Shown: in pieces, positions 9,792-19,400 of the stretch
Layout: each line of letters starts with the position of its first letter
How positions within the stretch are numbered: the first letter of the stretch is position 1
NCBI GenBank assembly: GCA_043747615.1
Contig: JAYTOU010000033.1
Coordinates: 32,001 to 96,000, forward strand
Reading direction: 5' to 3'
DNA from: Myxococcales bacterium
Lineage (GTDB): Bacteria; Myxococcota_A; Polyangia; Polyangiales; Polyangiaceae
DNA: 64,000 nucleotides
Made by a program: the position numbers and the translations under genes
Notes under the pieces: model-generated
Told to the model about the DNA's origin: nothing
What the model saw: only the letters and a program-made list of their open reading frames with translations
Databases searched by the model: none

Positions 9792-11390
9792 TCATTCCGC
9801 CGGAGGCGCAGAGGCCTCGGTCGTGGTCTTTTCGGGGGGATTCAGCTTCGCGCGGATTTGTTTGAGCTTCGTCCAACCGGCGTCGAGACCGAGGGCCTGA
9901 CCGATTTCCGACAGCTGCTGCCAAGCCGGCCTCGACTCTCCCTGCGGTTCGAGAGCCTTTTCCGAGACTTGGTGGATACCCTTGTAGTTTACATACGTTC
10001 CGCTCGCCTCGGCCCACGACGCCGCGGGCAGGACGACCTGCGCGGCTTTGACCATCGGCCCTTCGTGCGACGAAACGGTGACCAGGGCCTTCACGGTCCG
10101 GAAGACGGCGAGGTCGGATTCGGCGTCGCTGCTCACGCCGCAGCCGAGTGCGATGCAGTGGGTGACGACGCCCTTCCCGATGTCCTGAAGTAGCTCGGCG
10201 AACGACTTCGCCTCGGGAACGAGCTCCTTCACGCCACGCGTGTTCGGGTTCTTGTCTTTGTGGATGAGGATCTTGTCTTCGTAGCCATCCGGCAGGCCCG
10301 AGACGTACGAGCTGCGCGTGGCGAAGAGCACGTTGCCCAGCTCGCGCAGAGCCCAGTTGTCCTCGAGCGAGTGCTGCGCCGAGTAGACAACGGCAATCGA
10401 TTCCTTGGGAACCCCTTCGAAGAGCCGCTTCGTTTCGGCGAGGGCCTTCGCCAAGGTGGCTGTTTTGCCGCCGACACGCGGCTCGACGACGCGCCCCTCG
10501 TGCGCACGCTTGTACGTCAGCATTCCTTCGTCGCACATCCAGAATTTATTGACCTGCTCGTTGTCTCGCGGGCGGTAGCGGTAGGCCTTGTTGAAGCGCG
10601 GATCGAAATCGAGGTGCGCGTTGCAGCCCGTCGCGCAGCCCTGACAAACGCTCTTCGCGCTGCGCAGGAACCACACCCGAGCCTTGAAGCGAAAGTCGGT
10701 GGTCGTCAGCGCGCCTACGGGGCAAACGTGCTCGGTCATGAACGTGTAGTGACCCTCGAGCACGCGGCCGGGGGCGACCATGATCTCGTTCAGGTTGCCT
10801 CGCTCGCGCATGTCGAGAACGGGATCCTCGGCGACCTCGGCCATGAAGCGAATGCAGCGCGTGCACATGACGCAGCGCTCAGCGTCGTAGACGATGGTCG
10901 GTCCGAAGACGACCCCCTTCGGCTTGTGAACCGGCTCGTCGCGCATCCGCTTTTGGAACTGCCCGTGCTCGAGCCAGTAATCTTGCAGTTTGCACTCACC
11001 GGACTGATCGCAGATTGGACAGTCGACCGGGTGATTGAGGAGGAGGAACTCCTGCACTCCCTTTCGCGCTTCGCGGACGTGCTGGCTGGTGTCCGCCAAG
11101 ATTTCTTGGCCTTCGACGGCGGCCATCTGGCACGAGGGCTGGAGCTTCGGCTTCTTCTTCGGGATGTAGTCGCCAACGCCAGCGTCCCACTCGAGGATGT
11201 CGAGCGTGAGCGCGGACTGGTTCGCGGGCGGTACGATCTCGACGAGGCACATGCGGCAGTTGGCCGGCGAGGAGAGCCCGGGATGCCAGCAGTAGTGGGG
11301 AATTTCGATGCCCTGGCGCCAGGCTGCCTTGATGATCGACTCCCCGGGCGTAAAGGGGATGGTGGTGCCGTCAAGCTTGAAGGTCGGCAT
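9792..11390 (-). CDS. nuoG: NADH-quinone oxidoreductase subunit G (short form)
   Basis: IPHYCWH...CRMCLVE, HPVDCPICDQSGECKLQ, RCVMCTRCIRF and CQGCATGC motifs. Confidence 0.9.
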   Translation of the reverse strand: MPTFKLDGTTIPFTPGESIIKAAWRQGIEIPHYCWHPGLSSPANCRMCLVEIVPPANQSALTLDILEWDAGVGDYIPKKKPKLQPSCQMAAVEGQEILADTSQHVREARKGVQEFLLLNHPVDCPICDQSGECKLQDYWLEHGQFQKRMRDEPVHKPKGVVFGPTIVYDAERCVMCTRCIRFMAEVAEDPVLDMRERGNLNEIMVAPGRVLEGHYTFMTEHVCPVGALTTTDFRFKARVWFLRSAKSVCQGCATGCNAHLDFDPRFNKAYRYRPRDNEQVNKFWMCDEGMLTYKRAHEGRVVEPRVGGKTATLAKALAETKRLFEGVPKESIAVVYSAQHSLEDNWALRELGNVLFATRSSYVSGLPDGYEDKILIHKDKNPNTRGVKELVPEAKSFAELLQDIGKGVVTHCIALGCGVSSDAESDLAVFRTVKALVTVSSHEGPMVKAAQVVLPAASWAEASGTYVNYKGIHQVSEKALEPQGESRPAWQQLSEIGQALGLDAGWTKLKQIRAKLNPPEKTTTEASAPPAE

Positions 11391-11429
11391 TAGAGAGATC
11401 CCTTGCAGTCTTTGCAGAGTACATGCATC

Positions 11430-12644
11430 TCAGTGGTCACACTCGCCACCGATCATGTTGAGCGATCCGAACGTGGGCACGATGTCGCTGAGCATCCGCC
11501 CGGTGATTAGCTTCGAGAGACCCGCGGTGACCGCGAAGCAGGGAGGACGAATGCGAACGCGGTACGGGGTGCCCGTTCCGTCGGACACCAGGTAAAAGCC
11601 TAGCTCGCCGTTGCCGGCTTCGGTGTACGAATAGACCTCGCCCTTGGGGACTTTCGCGCCTTCCATGATCAGCTTGAAGTGCTGAATGGTGCCTTCAATC
11701 GTGGTGTAAACATCGCCCTTCGGGGGAAGCATGACCCGCGGATCATCGACGTTGATCGGGCCTTCGTCGGGCATGCGATCAAGGCACTGCTCGATGATCC
11801 GGCGCGACTGCCGGACCTCGGCGAGGCGCACGAGGAAGCGGTCGAGGTTGTCTCCGTTCTTGCCGACGGGCACTTCGAAATCGACCTGGTCGTAGAAGAG
11901 GTAAGGCGCGGCTTTCCGAACGTCGTAGGCCACTCCCGCAGCGCGGAGGCACGGCCCCGTCCACGAAAGCTCGACGGCGTCCTTGCCGCTGATCTGCCCG
12001 ACGCCTTCCAGGCGATCGAGAAAGATACGGTTCTTGAGGAGGAGCTTCTCCCCTTCTTCCATGAGGGCGATGACCTTCGGCAGCGCGGCGCGGCAGTGAT
12101 CCTTGAGCGAAGCCGTGGGGGGAGCCGCCATTCCGCCGATGCGACCGAAGGAGTGAGTGAGGCGGGCGCCCGTCTCCTCTTCGAGAATGTCCCACACCAT
12201 TTCCCGCGCCTTGATCGACCACAGAAACACGGTGAAGGCACCGAGCTCCATGGCCATCGCGCACGTCGACGTGAGGTGGTCGGAGATGCGCGCGAGCTCT
12301 CCGAGAATCATGCGATACCACGCGCAGCGCTCGGGCACCGCGATCCCGCAAATCTTCTCGACGGCAAGTGCGTAGCCCACGTTGTTGAGCATGGGCGACA
12401 CGTAGTTCAAGCGGTCCGCGTACGGGAACACTTGCGCCCAGGTGCCGCGCTCGCACATCTTTTCAAAACCGCGGTGCAGGTAACCGATCTGCACGTCCGC
12501 GTTGACGATCGTTTCGCCGGAGAGCTCGAGGACGATCCGTACCGTGCCGTGCATCGCCGGGTGGGACGGCCCCATGTTCAAGTGCATCGGCTCGGCGGGG
12601 AGCTCGAGCTCACCGTCTTCGAGATCTAGATCGATGGGCTCCAT
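11430..12644 (-). CDS. nuoD: NADH-quinone oxidoreductase subunit D
   Basis: NMGPSHPAMHG, GYLHRGFEK, GELGFY...PYRVRIRPP; C-terminal GECDH. Confidence 0.95.
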   Translation of the reverse strand: MEPIDLDLEDGELELPAEPMHLNMGPSHPAMHGTVRIVLELSGETIVNADVQIGYLHRGFEKMCERGTWAQVFPYADRLNYVSPMLNNVGYALAVEKICGIAVPERCAWYRMILGELARISDHLTSTCAMAMELGAFTVFLWSIKAREMVWDILEEETGARLTHSFGRIGGMAAPPTASLKDHCRAALPKVIALMEEGEKLLLKNRIFLDRLEGVGQISGKDAVELSWTGPCLRAAGVAYDVRKAAPYLFYDQVDFEVPVGKNGDNLDRFLVRLAEVRQSRRIIEQCLDRMPDEGPINVDDPRVMLPPKGDVYTTIEGTIQHFKLIMEGAKVPKGEVYSYTEAGNGELGFYLVSDGTGTPYRVRIRPPCFAVTAGLSKLITGRMLSDIVPTFGSLNMIGGECDH

Positions 12645-13363
12645 CAGTTTGCTCCTGGCTTCGGGGCGGGTGTTCCATCCGGAAGCAGCCGGATCTTGAT
12701 GGCTTCCTCGGATGCGCGCGACGGCTCGCCGCGTTCGAGCTTCGTGCTGTCGGGCGCAAGCGGCGCGCCCCGGACGGTCCGATCGCCTTCTTTCCTCCAG
12801 TCGACGCGGCCCCAGCTCATGCCTTCGTCTTCGCGGAACGGCGGGAGCTTCTCGAGCGGAAGGCCCGCTTCTTCTTCCGTGCGGTACTCGACGAGAGGCT
12901 GCGTCCGCTGAGCGGGGTAATCCTTGAGCAGCGGATGCCCGACGAACTCCGGGTACATGAGGATGCGTCGAAGATCCGGATGCCCGCGAAAGGTGACGCC
13001 GGACATGTCGAAGACTTCACGCTCGAACCAGTTGGCCCCCGACCAGATCGAGGTGAGTGAGTCGAGCTCCGCGTTCTCCATGTCTTCGTCGCCGACGCGG
13101 GTCTTCACGCGAACGCGGTGACGGCGGGTCGTCGAGTAGAGGTGAAGAACGACCTCCATGCGCGGAGTGCGCGCCGGGTAGTCGACCCCGCAGAGATCGA
13201 TGAACATGTCGAAATCGAGCTGCGGATCGCGGCGGAGGAACTCACAGGCATCCTTCCACTTCGCGGGATCGATGACCGCGGTGTCGTCGCCGAAGTCGCT
13301 GTGGGTTTCGAGGACGGCCGCGCCGAACTTGGCGCTGAGCTTTTCGAGGACGGCCTTGCTCAT
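12644..13363 (-). CDS. nuoC: NADH-quinone oxidoreductase subunit C
   Basis: DLCGVDY, ANWFEREVFDMSG, GHPDLRRIL and GHPLLKDYP motifs. Confidence 0.95.
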   Translation of the reverse strand: MSKAVLEKLSAKFGAAVLETHSDFGDDTAVIDPAKWKDACEFLRRDPQLDFDMFIDLCGVDYPARTPRMEVVLHLYSTTRRHRVRVKTRVGDEDMENAELDSLTSIWSGANWFEREVFDMSGVTFRGHPDLRRILMYPEFVGHPLLKDYPAQRTQPLVEYRTEEEAGLPLEKLPPFREDEGMSWGRVDWRKEGDRTVRGAPLAPDSTKLERGEPSRASEEAIKIRLLPDGTPAPKPGAN

Positions 13364-13962
13364 TCGTCGGCCTCTGTTTCTGCTGCCTCGCTGTTGATTT
13401 TGCGGTGGAGGGTCACGAGCTGCGCCGGGTCCTCGCGGGGCTTCACGATCGCCGGGGTTCGATTTCCCGTCGCGATCTTGTCCTGAAGGAGCATGAGCCC
13501 ATCGAGAACGGCTTCGGGACGCGGAGGGCAGCCCGGGACGTAGACATCGCAGCGGATGATTTTGTCGATGCCTGCGACCGTCGTGTAGTTGTCATAGAAC
13601 CCGCCGCTGCTCGCGCACGTGCCGAAGGCAAGGACCCACTTGGGATCCATCATCTGCTCGTAGATGCGGCGAAGGACGGGCGCTTGACGCTGGCTGATCG
13701 TGCCTACCACCCAAAGCAAGTCGGCCTGGCGTGGGGAGAACCGGGGGGCTTCGGCGCCAAAGCGAGCCACGTCGTAACGCGGGCTGGCGACGGCCATGAA
13801 CTCCATCCCGCAGCACGCGGTGACGAACGGGTACTGGAAGAGCGAATATTTTCGCGCCCAATTGAGAAGCGCGTCGAGGCGCGTCGTCCCGAACCCGGAC
13901 TCGTTTCCATCAAGCACTACCTGGCGATTACCTGCGGGCTGCCCGCTACCCTTCGATTCCAT
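13360..13962 (-). CDS. nuoB: NADH-quinone oxidoreductase subunit B
   Basis: TACCGMEF, SPRQADL, FGTCASSGG and VPGCPPRPE motifs. Start placed at ATG 13962 just after the nuoA stop (ATG 13980 is an alternative); the longer track ORF overlaps nuoA. Confidence 0.95.
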   Translation of the reverse strand: MESKGSGQPAGNRQVVLDGNESGFGTTRLDALLNWARKYSLFQYPFVTACCGMEFMAVASPRYDVARFGAEAPRFSPRQADLLWVVGTISQRQAPVLRRIYEQMMDPKWVLAFGTCASSGGFYDNYTTVAGIDKIIRCDVYVPGCPPRPEAVLDGLMLLQDKIATGNRTPAIVKPREDPAQLVTLHRKINSEAAETEADE

Positions 13963-13967
13963 ATTTT

Positions 13968-14333
13968 TCAGCTCTCCCATTCGAGAGCTCCTTTCCGCCA
14001 CACGTAGATCAAGGCCACGATGACCACGGCAAGGAAGCTGGCCATCTCGGCGAGCCCGGCCCACCCGAGCGAACGAAACTGAACGGCCCACGGATAGATG
14101 AAGACGGTTTCGATATCGAAGACAACGAAGAGAATGGCTGTGAGGTAGAACTTCACCGAGAGCTTCACGTGATTTCCGCCGGAGCTCTCGGAGCCGCACT
14201 CGAAGGGCATCATCTTCTCGGGTGTCGGGTTCTTTTTTCCTAGGGTGCTCGCCCCCAAGAAGAAAAGACCCGCCAGGATGCCCGCCGTGGCGATCATCAT
14301 GAACATCGGCATGTAGTTGTCGACTAGACCCAT
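13968..14333 (-). CDS. nuoA: NADH-quinone oxidoreductase subunit A
   Basis: PFECG, FYLTAILFVVFDIE and WRKGALEW motifs; three hydrophobic segments. Confidence 0.95.
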   Translation of the reverse strand: MGLVDNYMPMFMMIATAGILAGLFFLGASTLGKKNPTPEKMMPFECGSESSGGNHVKLSVKFYLTAILFVVFDIETVFIYPWAVQFRSLGWAGLAEMASFLAVVIVALIYVWRKGALEWES

Positions 14334-14515
14334 CGCGTGTTCCTGACCGTTCTTTACGAGGCGTTTCGACGGCGGACTGCCGGATCGAAATGCGCCCTAT
14401 TTAGCGGTAAAATCACGGCGATATGTAGTCGCGAACCGCCGTAGGTGTCAATGACTGGGCCGCGACGCGAAAAGGCCCTATCGATGCAAGGGAGGGGCGC
14501 CTCAGAGCCGCGCCA

Positions 14516-14543
14516 GCCCGCCCCAGGCCCGCCCCAGGCCCGC
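14516..14543. repeat. 11-bp tandem repeat (GCCCGCCCCAG x about 2.5), G-tract rich on the minus strand
   Basis: Read directly: gcccgccccag gcccgccccag gcccgc, in the intergenic region upstream of nuoA. Confidence 0.8.
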
Positions 14544-14558
14544 AAGGGGGGCAGCCGC

Positions 14559-15671
14559 TCAGATGCGAGTGGCTTTCCAGGCGGTGAGCGCGGGCCCGAG
14601 AGCGGATTCGATCTGGCGAAGCTCGTCGACGAGATCCCGCTCGCCAATTCCGGCTTCGAGCGCATCGCGAAAGCAGGCATAGGCGGCGACGTAGCGACGC
14701 CGCTGCAGAAGCGCCCGACCGAGAAGGGGCATCACGTCGGCGCGACTTCCCCCGAACGCGATCGCGCGGCGAAGCGGGCCGATTGCCTCGCCGGGCCGTT
14801 CGTTAAGGAGGAGCGCTTCGCCAAGGCGACGGAAGAGGTCCGCGGCGGACACTCCTTCTTGGGCGTATTGGATGCCGATGCGGAACACTTCCTCTGCTTG
14901 CTCAATTTCCCCGAGGTGAACGCAGGCCGACCCGAGGAGCCCGAGACCCTTGGATATAAGGGCCCGCGCGTCCGGCGCGAGCATCTGGCCCTCCGGCGTG
15001 CGGAGAAAGATCGCCAGGGGTGCCGGCCAAGCTCCGAGGAGCGCGATGACCTTGGGCCACTCCTGCCGAAGCGCCGCACCCTCGGCCTCTGCCACCTTCG
15101 AGAGATCGATCGCACTTCGCGCACCGGCTGCGACGCGCTCGAGCTCCTCGCGGACGAGAGCTCGGATCCGAGCGCGAAACGCGTCGAGCTCGTATTCTTC
15201 TTCGGAGCCATCGTGGGAGACGATGAGCTCGGCTTCGGCGCCGGCAGCGACGACGAGCTTACGGAGGGAGTAGCCGTAGAGCGGCGCGAGAAGAAGGTAG
15301 CGAACGCCAATGAAGAGCTGGATGGCTTCTGTGTCCGTCTCGCGCGCGGGCGGGGGCGGTCCCCTACCTTCTTCGACGAGAAGCGCACCGACGAGGCGGC
15401 GGCGGAAGTCGGCGAGGCTGAGTCTCTGCGGATCGAGATCGCCCTCGGCCTCGCCGACGCCCACGACGAAATCGACGAGCGTCTGATCGGGGCTGCGGCG
15501 GTCGACGGTGAGCGCCGTGACCCGCGCCCCGACGATGATCGAAAATGCAAAGAAGCGCTCGCCGACGATCTCGCAGAGCGCCTGGAAGCTACCGATGCCT
15601 TCGCCAATGCGCTCGAACCAGCCATCGGTGCGGACGGAATCGAGGGTAAACTCTTGACGCTTGTCGGCCAT
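14559..15671 (-). CDS. Hypothetical protein with C-terminal TPR repeats
   Basis: 370-aa ORF with protein-like composition; C-terminal TPR-like helices (LGLLGSACVHLGEIEQAEEVF..., LGRALLQRRRYVAAYACF). Confidence 0.75.
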   Translation of the reverse strand: MADKRQEFTLDSVRTDGWFERIGEGIGSFQALCEIVGERFFAFSIIVGARVTALTVDRRSPDQTLVDFVVGVGEAEGDLDPQRLSLADFRRRLVGALLVEEGRGPPPPARETDTEAIQLFIGVRYLLLAPLYGYSLRKLVVAAGAEAELIVSHDGSEEEYELDAFRARIRALVREELERVAAGARSAIDLSKVAEAEGAALRQEWPKVIALLGAWPAPLAIFLRTPEGQMLAPDARALISKGLGLLGSACVHLGEIEQAEEVFRIGIQYAQEGVSAADLFRRLGEALLLNERPGEAIGPLRRAIAFGGSRADVMPLLGRALLQRRRYVAAYACFRDALEAGIGERDLVDELRQIESALGPALTAWKATRI

Positions 15672-15794
15672 TCGTGTGGGGCGAGACTCCTCTTTTAACG
15701 TTTACGCTAAGCGGAGTTTGCGCGCCTCTAAATCCGCGGGCCTCGATCGCCCGCCTACGCATTCGCGGCCTGCCGCAAGCCTGCGCTTCGATGC

Positions 15795-16652
15795 TTACAC
15801 CCAGTGACGGCACACCGGCTTCACGCCGCAGCCCTCGCAGCGCTTCGGATCTTTTCGCGACGGACAACGCTGGAGCATTCCCAGATGACACAGCGAAAAA
15901 TCGTATTTTATAGGGTCTTTTGCGTCGAATCGCCGGAGGGCCTGGGTGATCTCCTCGGTCGTCTTCCAGGAGAGGTCCTTGCGTTTGGTGAAGCCGAGGT
16001 TTTGCGACAGCTTGTGGATGTGGGTGTCGATCGGACAATAAAGGACGCTCGGGGAGATCGACCAAAGGCCGAGGTCGACGCCGTCCGCGGGGCGAATCAT
16101 CCAGCGCAAGTAGAGGAGAAGGCGCTTCGAGCCGCTGCCGCCGCGGACGTCTGGAAGAAGATGCGCCGGGCCGCGCCGGGTGATCGATCGCAGGCTGCCG
16201 GCATCGCGAATGGCGTCGCTCCACGCGGCGAGCGCTCCTTTGAGATCTCCATGTGTCGTGAGCTCGTCTCGGAATCGCGCTCCCAGACTGCCGCTCGCGC
16301 GCTGCACGCGACGGGCGCCGATGAGCAGCCGCGCGATGTCCTCGCCTCGAAAGACGCGATGCACCCACCCGTCGAGCTGCGCGAACATCGCGAGCTCGTC
16401 ATCCGCGGCACTGGCCGGATGGGTCCCGAGCCGCGCGAGGAGATCGCCGAGCTTTGCGCGAATGGTCTTGACGTTGCCGAAGGCAATGCACGCCGCGACC
16501 AGACCTACGATCTCCTGGTCGCGCGAATCGGCGTAGCGATGAACGATGCCGACCGGGTCTCGCTCGCGCCGCGTCTCGACGTCGCAACCTGCGCGCACCG
16601 CGTCGAGAGCCTCTTTCAGGGCCTTTTCGCGCTTGGGGCCGAATCCTCGCAT
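15795..16652 (-). CDS. TIGR02757/DUF2400-like protein (HhH-GPD-like) with a C-terminal four-Cys motif
   Basis: DPVGIVHRY, DQEIVGLVAACIAFG, KRLLLYLRWMIR, DLGLW, PIDTH and DPIKYDFSL motifs. Confidence 0.85.
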   Translation of the reverse strand: MRGFGPKREKALKEALDAVRAGCDVETRRERDPVGIVHRYADSRDQEIVGLVAACIAFGNVKTIRAKLGDLLARLGTHPASAADDELAMFAQLDGWVHRVFRGEDIARLLIGARRVQRASGSLGARFRDELTTHGDLKGALAAWSDAIRDAGSLRSITRRGPAHLLPDVRGGSGSKRLLLYLRWMIRPADGVDLGLWSISPSVLYCPIDTHIHKLSQNLGFTKRKDLSWKTTEEITQALRRFDAKDPIKYDFSLCHLGMLQRCPSRKDPKRCEGCGVKPVCRHWV

Positions 16653-16732
16653 CCGCCGGCGCGATCTATACCATGCGCCACACGCTGCCGAAGATCGCCT
16701 AGCGTTTTGATAGCGGGTATCGTGGTTGGGCC

Positions 16733-17839
16733 ATGAGCTCCGACCGACCTGCCCCCGAGCGCCTCAAGCGCATCGAGGAGTTCACCCTCGCGGACCTGGA
16801 GGCGGTGCGCCTCATTCTGCGCGGCGATTCGGTCATCGATTGGCATCGCCTGAACTTCAAGAGCGAGGATGAAGTCCGCGAGTGCCTCGTGGCCCAGGAA
16901 TTTCATCCCGACGAGCCCGCCGATCAGAAGCAGCTCGAGGCGATGAAGGGCGAAGCCATCAGCTTCCTCCGCCGGCACTTCGAATTTCCGATCCCCAAGC
17001 CGATCGAGAACGCCACGGTGATCGAGCTGATGCTCATCGCCGCGAGCAGCGGCCACCGCCAGATGTGCGCGTGCACGATCTTGAAGTGCATGCACATCAT
17101 CCATCACCTCCAGGGGCGCGAGCTCCTCTTCGTGCTCCCGCTCTCCGACCAAGAGGTGTTTCACGTCGTCGAGGAGAAGGTCTACCGCGTGATCGGCAGC
17201 ATGCTCGCGGGCGGCTTCCCGATCACCGAGTTCATCGGAGGCCGTAAAAACAAGGATTCGCTCTACACCAAGCTCCTGTCGAAGCAGGAGACGGTGGCCG
17301 CGCAGATCTACGACAAGCTCCGCTTTCGCATCGTGACCCGCGGGTACGACGACATCTTCCCGGTCATGCAGTACCTGACGAAAAAGCTTTTTCCGTTCAA
17401 CTACGTCATCCCCGGTCAGAGCATCAATTCGATGTTCTACTTCAAGGACTACTGCCTGAAGCAGCCGCACCTGAAGCCAATGCTTCCCTCGATGCAGGCA
17501 GGGCCGGACGACGATTTCACACCCAGCGACAATCGGTTCACCGCCGAGTCGTATCGCGTGATCCACTTCGTGGTGGACATGCCGGTCCGTCTCCCGCGAA
17601 AGCTCCTCGAACGCGCGCCGTCGAGCTCTTGGGCCCTCGGTCCGATCATCTTCGTGGTCTGTGAATTTCAGGTCATCGATCGCGAGACCGAAGCCAAAAA
17701 CGAGCGGGGTGACGCATCGCATGCAAAGTACAAGGAACGGCAGAAGAAGGCCGTCATGCGGCGGCTGCAGCTCGGCATGCGCGAGATGAAGACGCCGCCC
17801 CCGGCGCCGGTCGCTTCGCCGAAAAAGAAAAAGACCTGA
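16733..17839 (+). CDS. TIGR04552-like protein (RelA/SpoT-type nucleotidyltransferase fold)
   Basis: LRGDSVIDWHRL N-terminus; RKNKDSLYTKLL, IYDKLRFRIV, YRVIHFVVD and EFQV motifs. Confidence 0.8.
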   Translation: MSSDRPAPERLKRIEEFTLADLEAVRLILRGDSVIDWHRLNFKSEDEVRECLVAQEFHPDEPADQKQLEAMKGEAISFLRRHFEFPIPKPIENATVIELMLIAASSGHRQMCACTILKCMHIIHHLQGRELLFVLPLSDQEVFHVVEEKVYRVIGSMLAGGFPITEFIGGRKNKDSLYTKLLSKQETVAAQIYDKLRFRIVTRGYDDIFPVMQYLTKKLFPFNYVIPGQSINSMFYFKDYCLKQPHLKPMLPSMQAGPDDDFTPSDNRFTAESYRVIHFVVDMPVRLPRKLLERAPSSSWALGPIIFVVCEFQVIDRETEAKNERGDASHAKYKERQKKAVMRRLQLGMREMKTPPPAPVASPKKKKT

Positions 17840-17858
17840 CCGACGCGACTTCGGGAGC

Positions 17859-19400
17859 CTACTCGGTGGTCGGCGGGTGGAGCGGAGGAGCCTCGACGCC
17901 TACGAGGGAGCGGTAGGTGAGTGGGCCGAAGAGCGCGGCGAAAAAGAGGAAGAGCGCGAACGCGGCGACCGCGATGCCCATGTGCAACGCCTTCGGATCG
18001 TAGGCGTCGATCGCTGCTTCGTGGACCGCCACGTCGTGGGCGCGCTCCTCCTGGATCCGAGCAAGGTCCACGGCATCTCGGCGGGCGCCGTCGAACTCGG
18101 CGCCAAACTGTTTCGAGTCCTCGAGCGCCCGACGGCCGAAGTCTGCGAGTGCTTTTCGGGCTTCTTTTCTCGCGTCGTCGACACCCGCGGCCCTGGTCCC
18201 TTGCTGGCGCTTCGATCGCTCTTCAATAGCGGCGCGCTCGTTCTTCAGTTGGGTGAGCTGGTTGTTCACCTCGGCCACCCGCCGCCGCGCCACGTTGAGA
18301 CGCCCGGTGATCTCGTTGATGGTCGGCCGAAGACGCTCCATCTCGGCTGCGCGGGCATCGCTCTCGGCAACTCGCTCCGCGATGTGCGTCTGGATCGTCG
18401 CCGGATCGGCCGTCGGAAGCAGCGCGTGCGCGGAGGGGGGCGTCGCTGCTGGGGTCGCGCTCTTCGCGACGGGAGTCGGGGCTTGCTGCGGCTTCGCGTC
18501 GGACCGCGCCTTGAGTGAGGACAGCGCTCCGCGAACGGACTCTTGCATCGTGGCCGCATCTGGCCAGCGATGATCGCGCTCGAACGCGAGGGCGCGGTCG
18601 ACCAGAGCGATGACCGACCGCGGAAGCCCGGCTGTCACCGTCGCCACCGATCGCGCGGGCATCGTGGCACTTCGAATCAACTGCTCGTTTCCCGTCCCCG
18701 CCTCGTGCACGTGCTCGCCCGACAGGAGCGTGAACATCGTCGCGCCCACCGCCCACAAATCGGTGCGCTGATCGACCTCGTCCCATTTCGCCAGGGCCTG
18801 CTCCGGCGCCATGAAGGCCGGTGTCCCCATGATCGATCCGGCGCGCGTCGTGGGGCGCGAGGACATCTCGTAGATCCGAGCGATCCCGAAATCGAGCACC
18901 TTGAGCTTGCCGTCGTTGGTGAGGAAAAGATTCTCGGGCTTGATGTCGCGGTGGACGATGTTTTTCTTGTGCGCGGCGACCAGCACGTCGAGCAGCGGGT
19001 CGATCCAGCTCAGCACTTCGAGTGCGTCCAGGCGCCGTGACTTGTGCTCCCAGCGCGCCTCGAGGGTCTCTCCTTCCAAAAGCTCCATCACCAAGAACGC
19101 GATCCCGTCCTCGGTGACGTCGTCGTCGAGAACGGAGACCGCGCCCGGATGCTCGACGGTGTTGGCGACGTAGCCCTCGCGAAGAAATCGTTGGCGGACA
19201 TCGGCGTTTCCGGACAGCTCGGGCAGCAGCATCTTCACGGCCACCCGCTTCTGGTTGCGGTGAATCGCCGAGTACACCGCCCCCATTCCCCCAAGACCGA
19301 GGAGCGCGTCGAGGCGCCACTTTTCTTTCAGCACCTTTCCCACGCGTGATTCCGCGCGGGCTCGGGCCGCGAGCTCCTCTTCATCCATGATCTGTTTCAT
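17859..19400 (-). CDS. Ser/Thr protein kinase with coiled coil and C-terminal transmembrane helix
   Basis: LGLGGMGAVY, VAVK, HRDIKPEN, DFG and GTPAFMAPEQ are all intact. Confidence 0.92.
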   Translation of the reverse strand: MKQIMDEEELAARARAESRVGKVLKEKWRLDALLGLGGMGAVYSAIHRNQKRVAVKMLLPELSGNADVRQRFLREGYVANTVEHPGAVSVLDDDVTEDGIAFLVMELLEGETLEARWEHKSRRLDALEVLSWIDPLLDVLVAAHKKNIVHRDIKPENLFLTNDGKLKVLDFGIARIYEMSSRPTTRAGSIMGTPAFMAPEQALAKWDEVDQRTDLWAVGATMFTLLSGEHVHEAGTGNEQLIRSATMPARSVATVTAGLPRSVIALVDRALAFERDHRWPDAATMQESVRGALSSLKARSDAKPQQAPTPVAKSATPAATPPSAHALLPTADPATIQTHIAERVAESDARAAEMERLRPTINEITGRLNVARRRVAEVNNQLTQLKNERAAIEERSKRQQGTRAAGVDDARKEARKALADFGRRALEDSKQFGAEFDGARRDAVDLARIQEERAHDVAVHEAAIDAYDPKALHMGIAVAAFALFLFFAALFGPLTYRSLVGVEAPPLHPPTTE

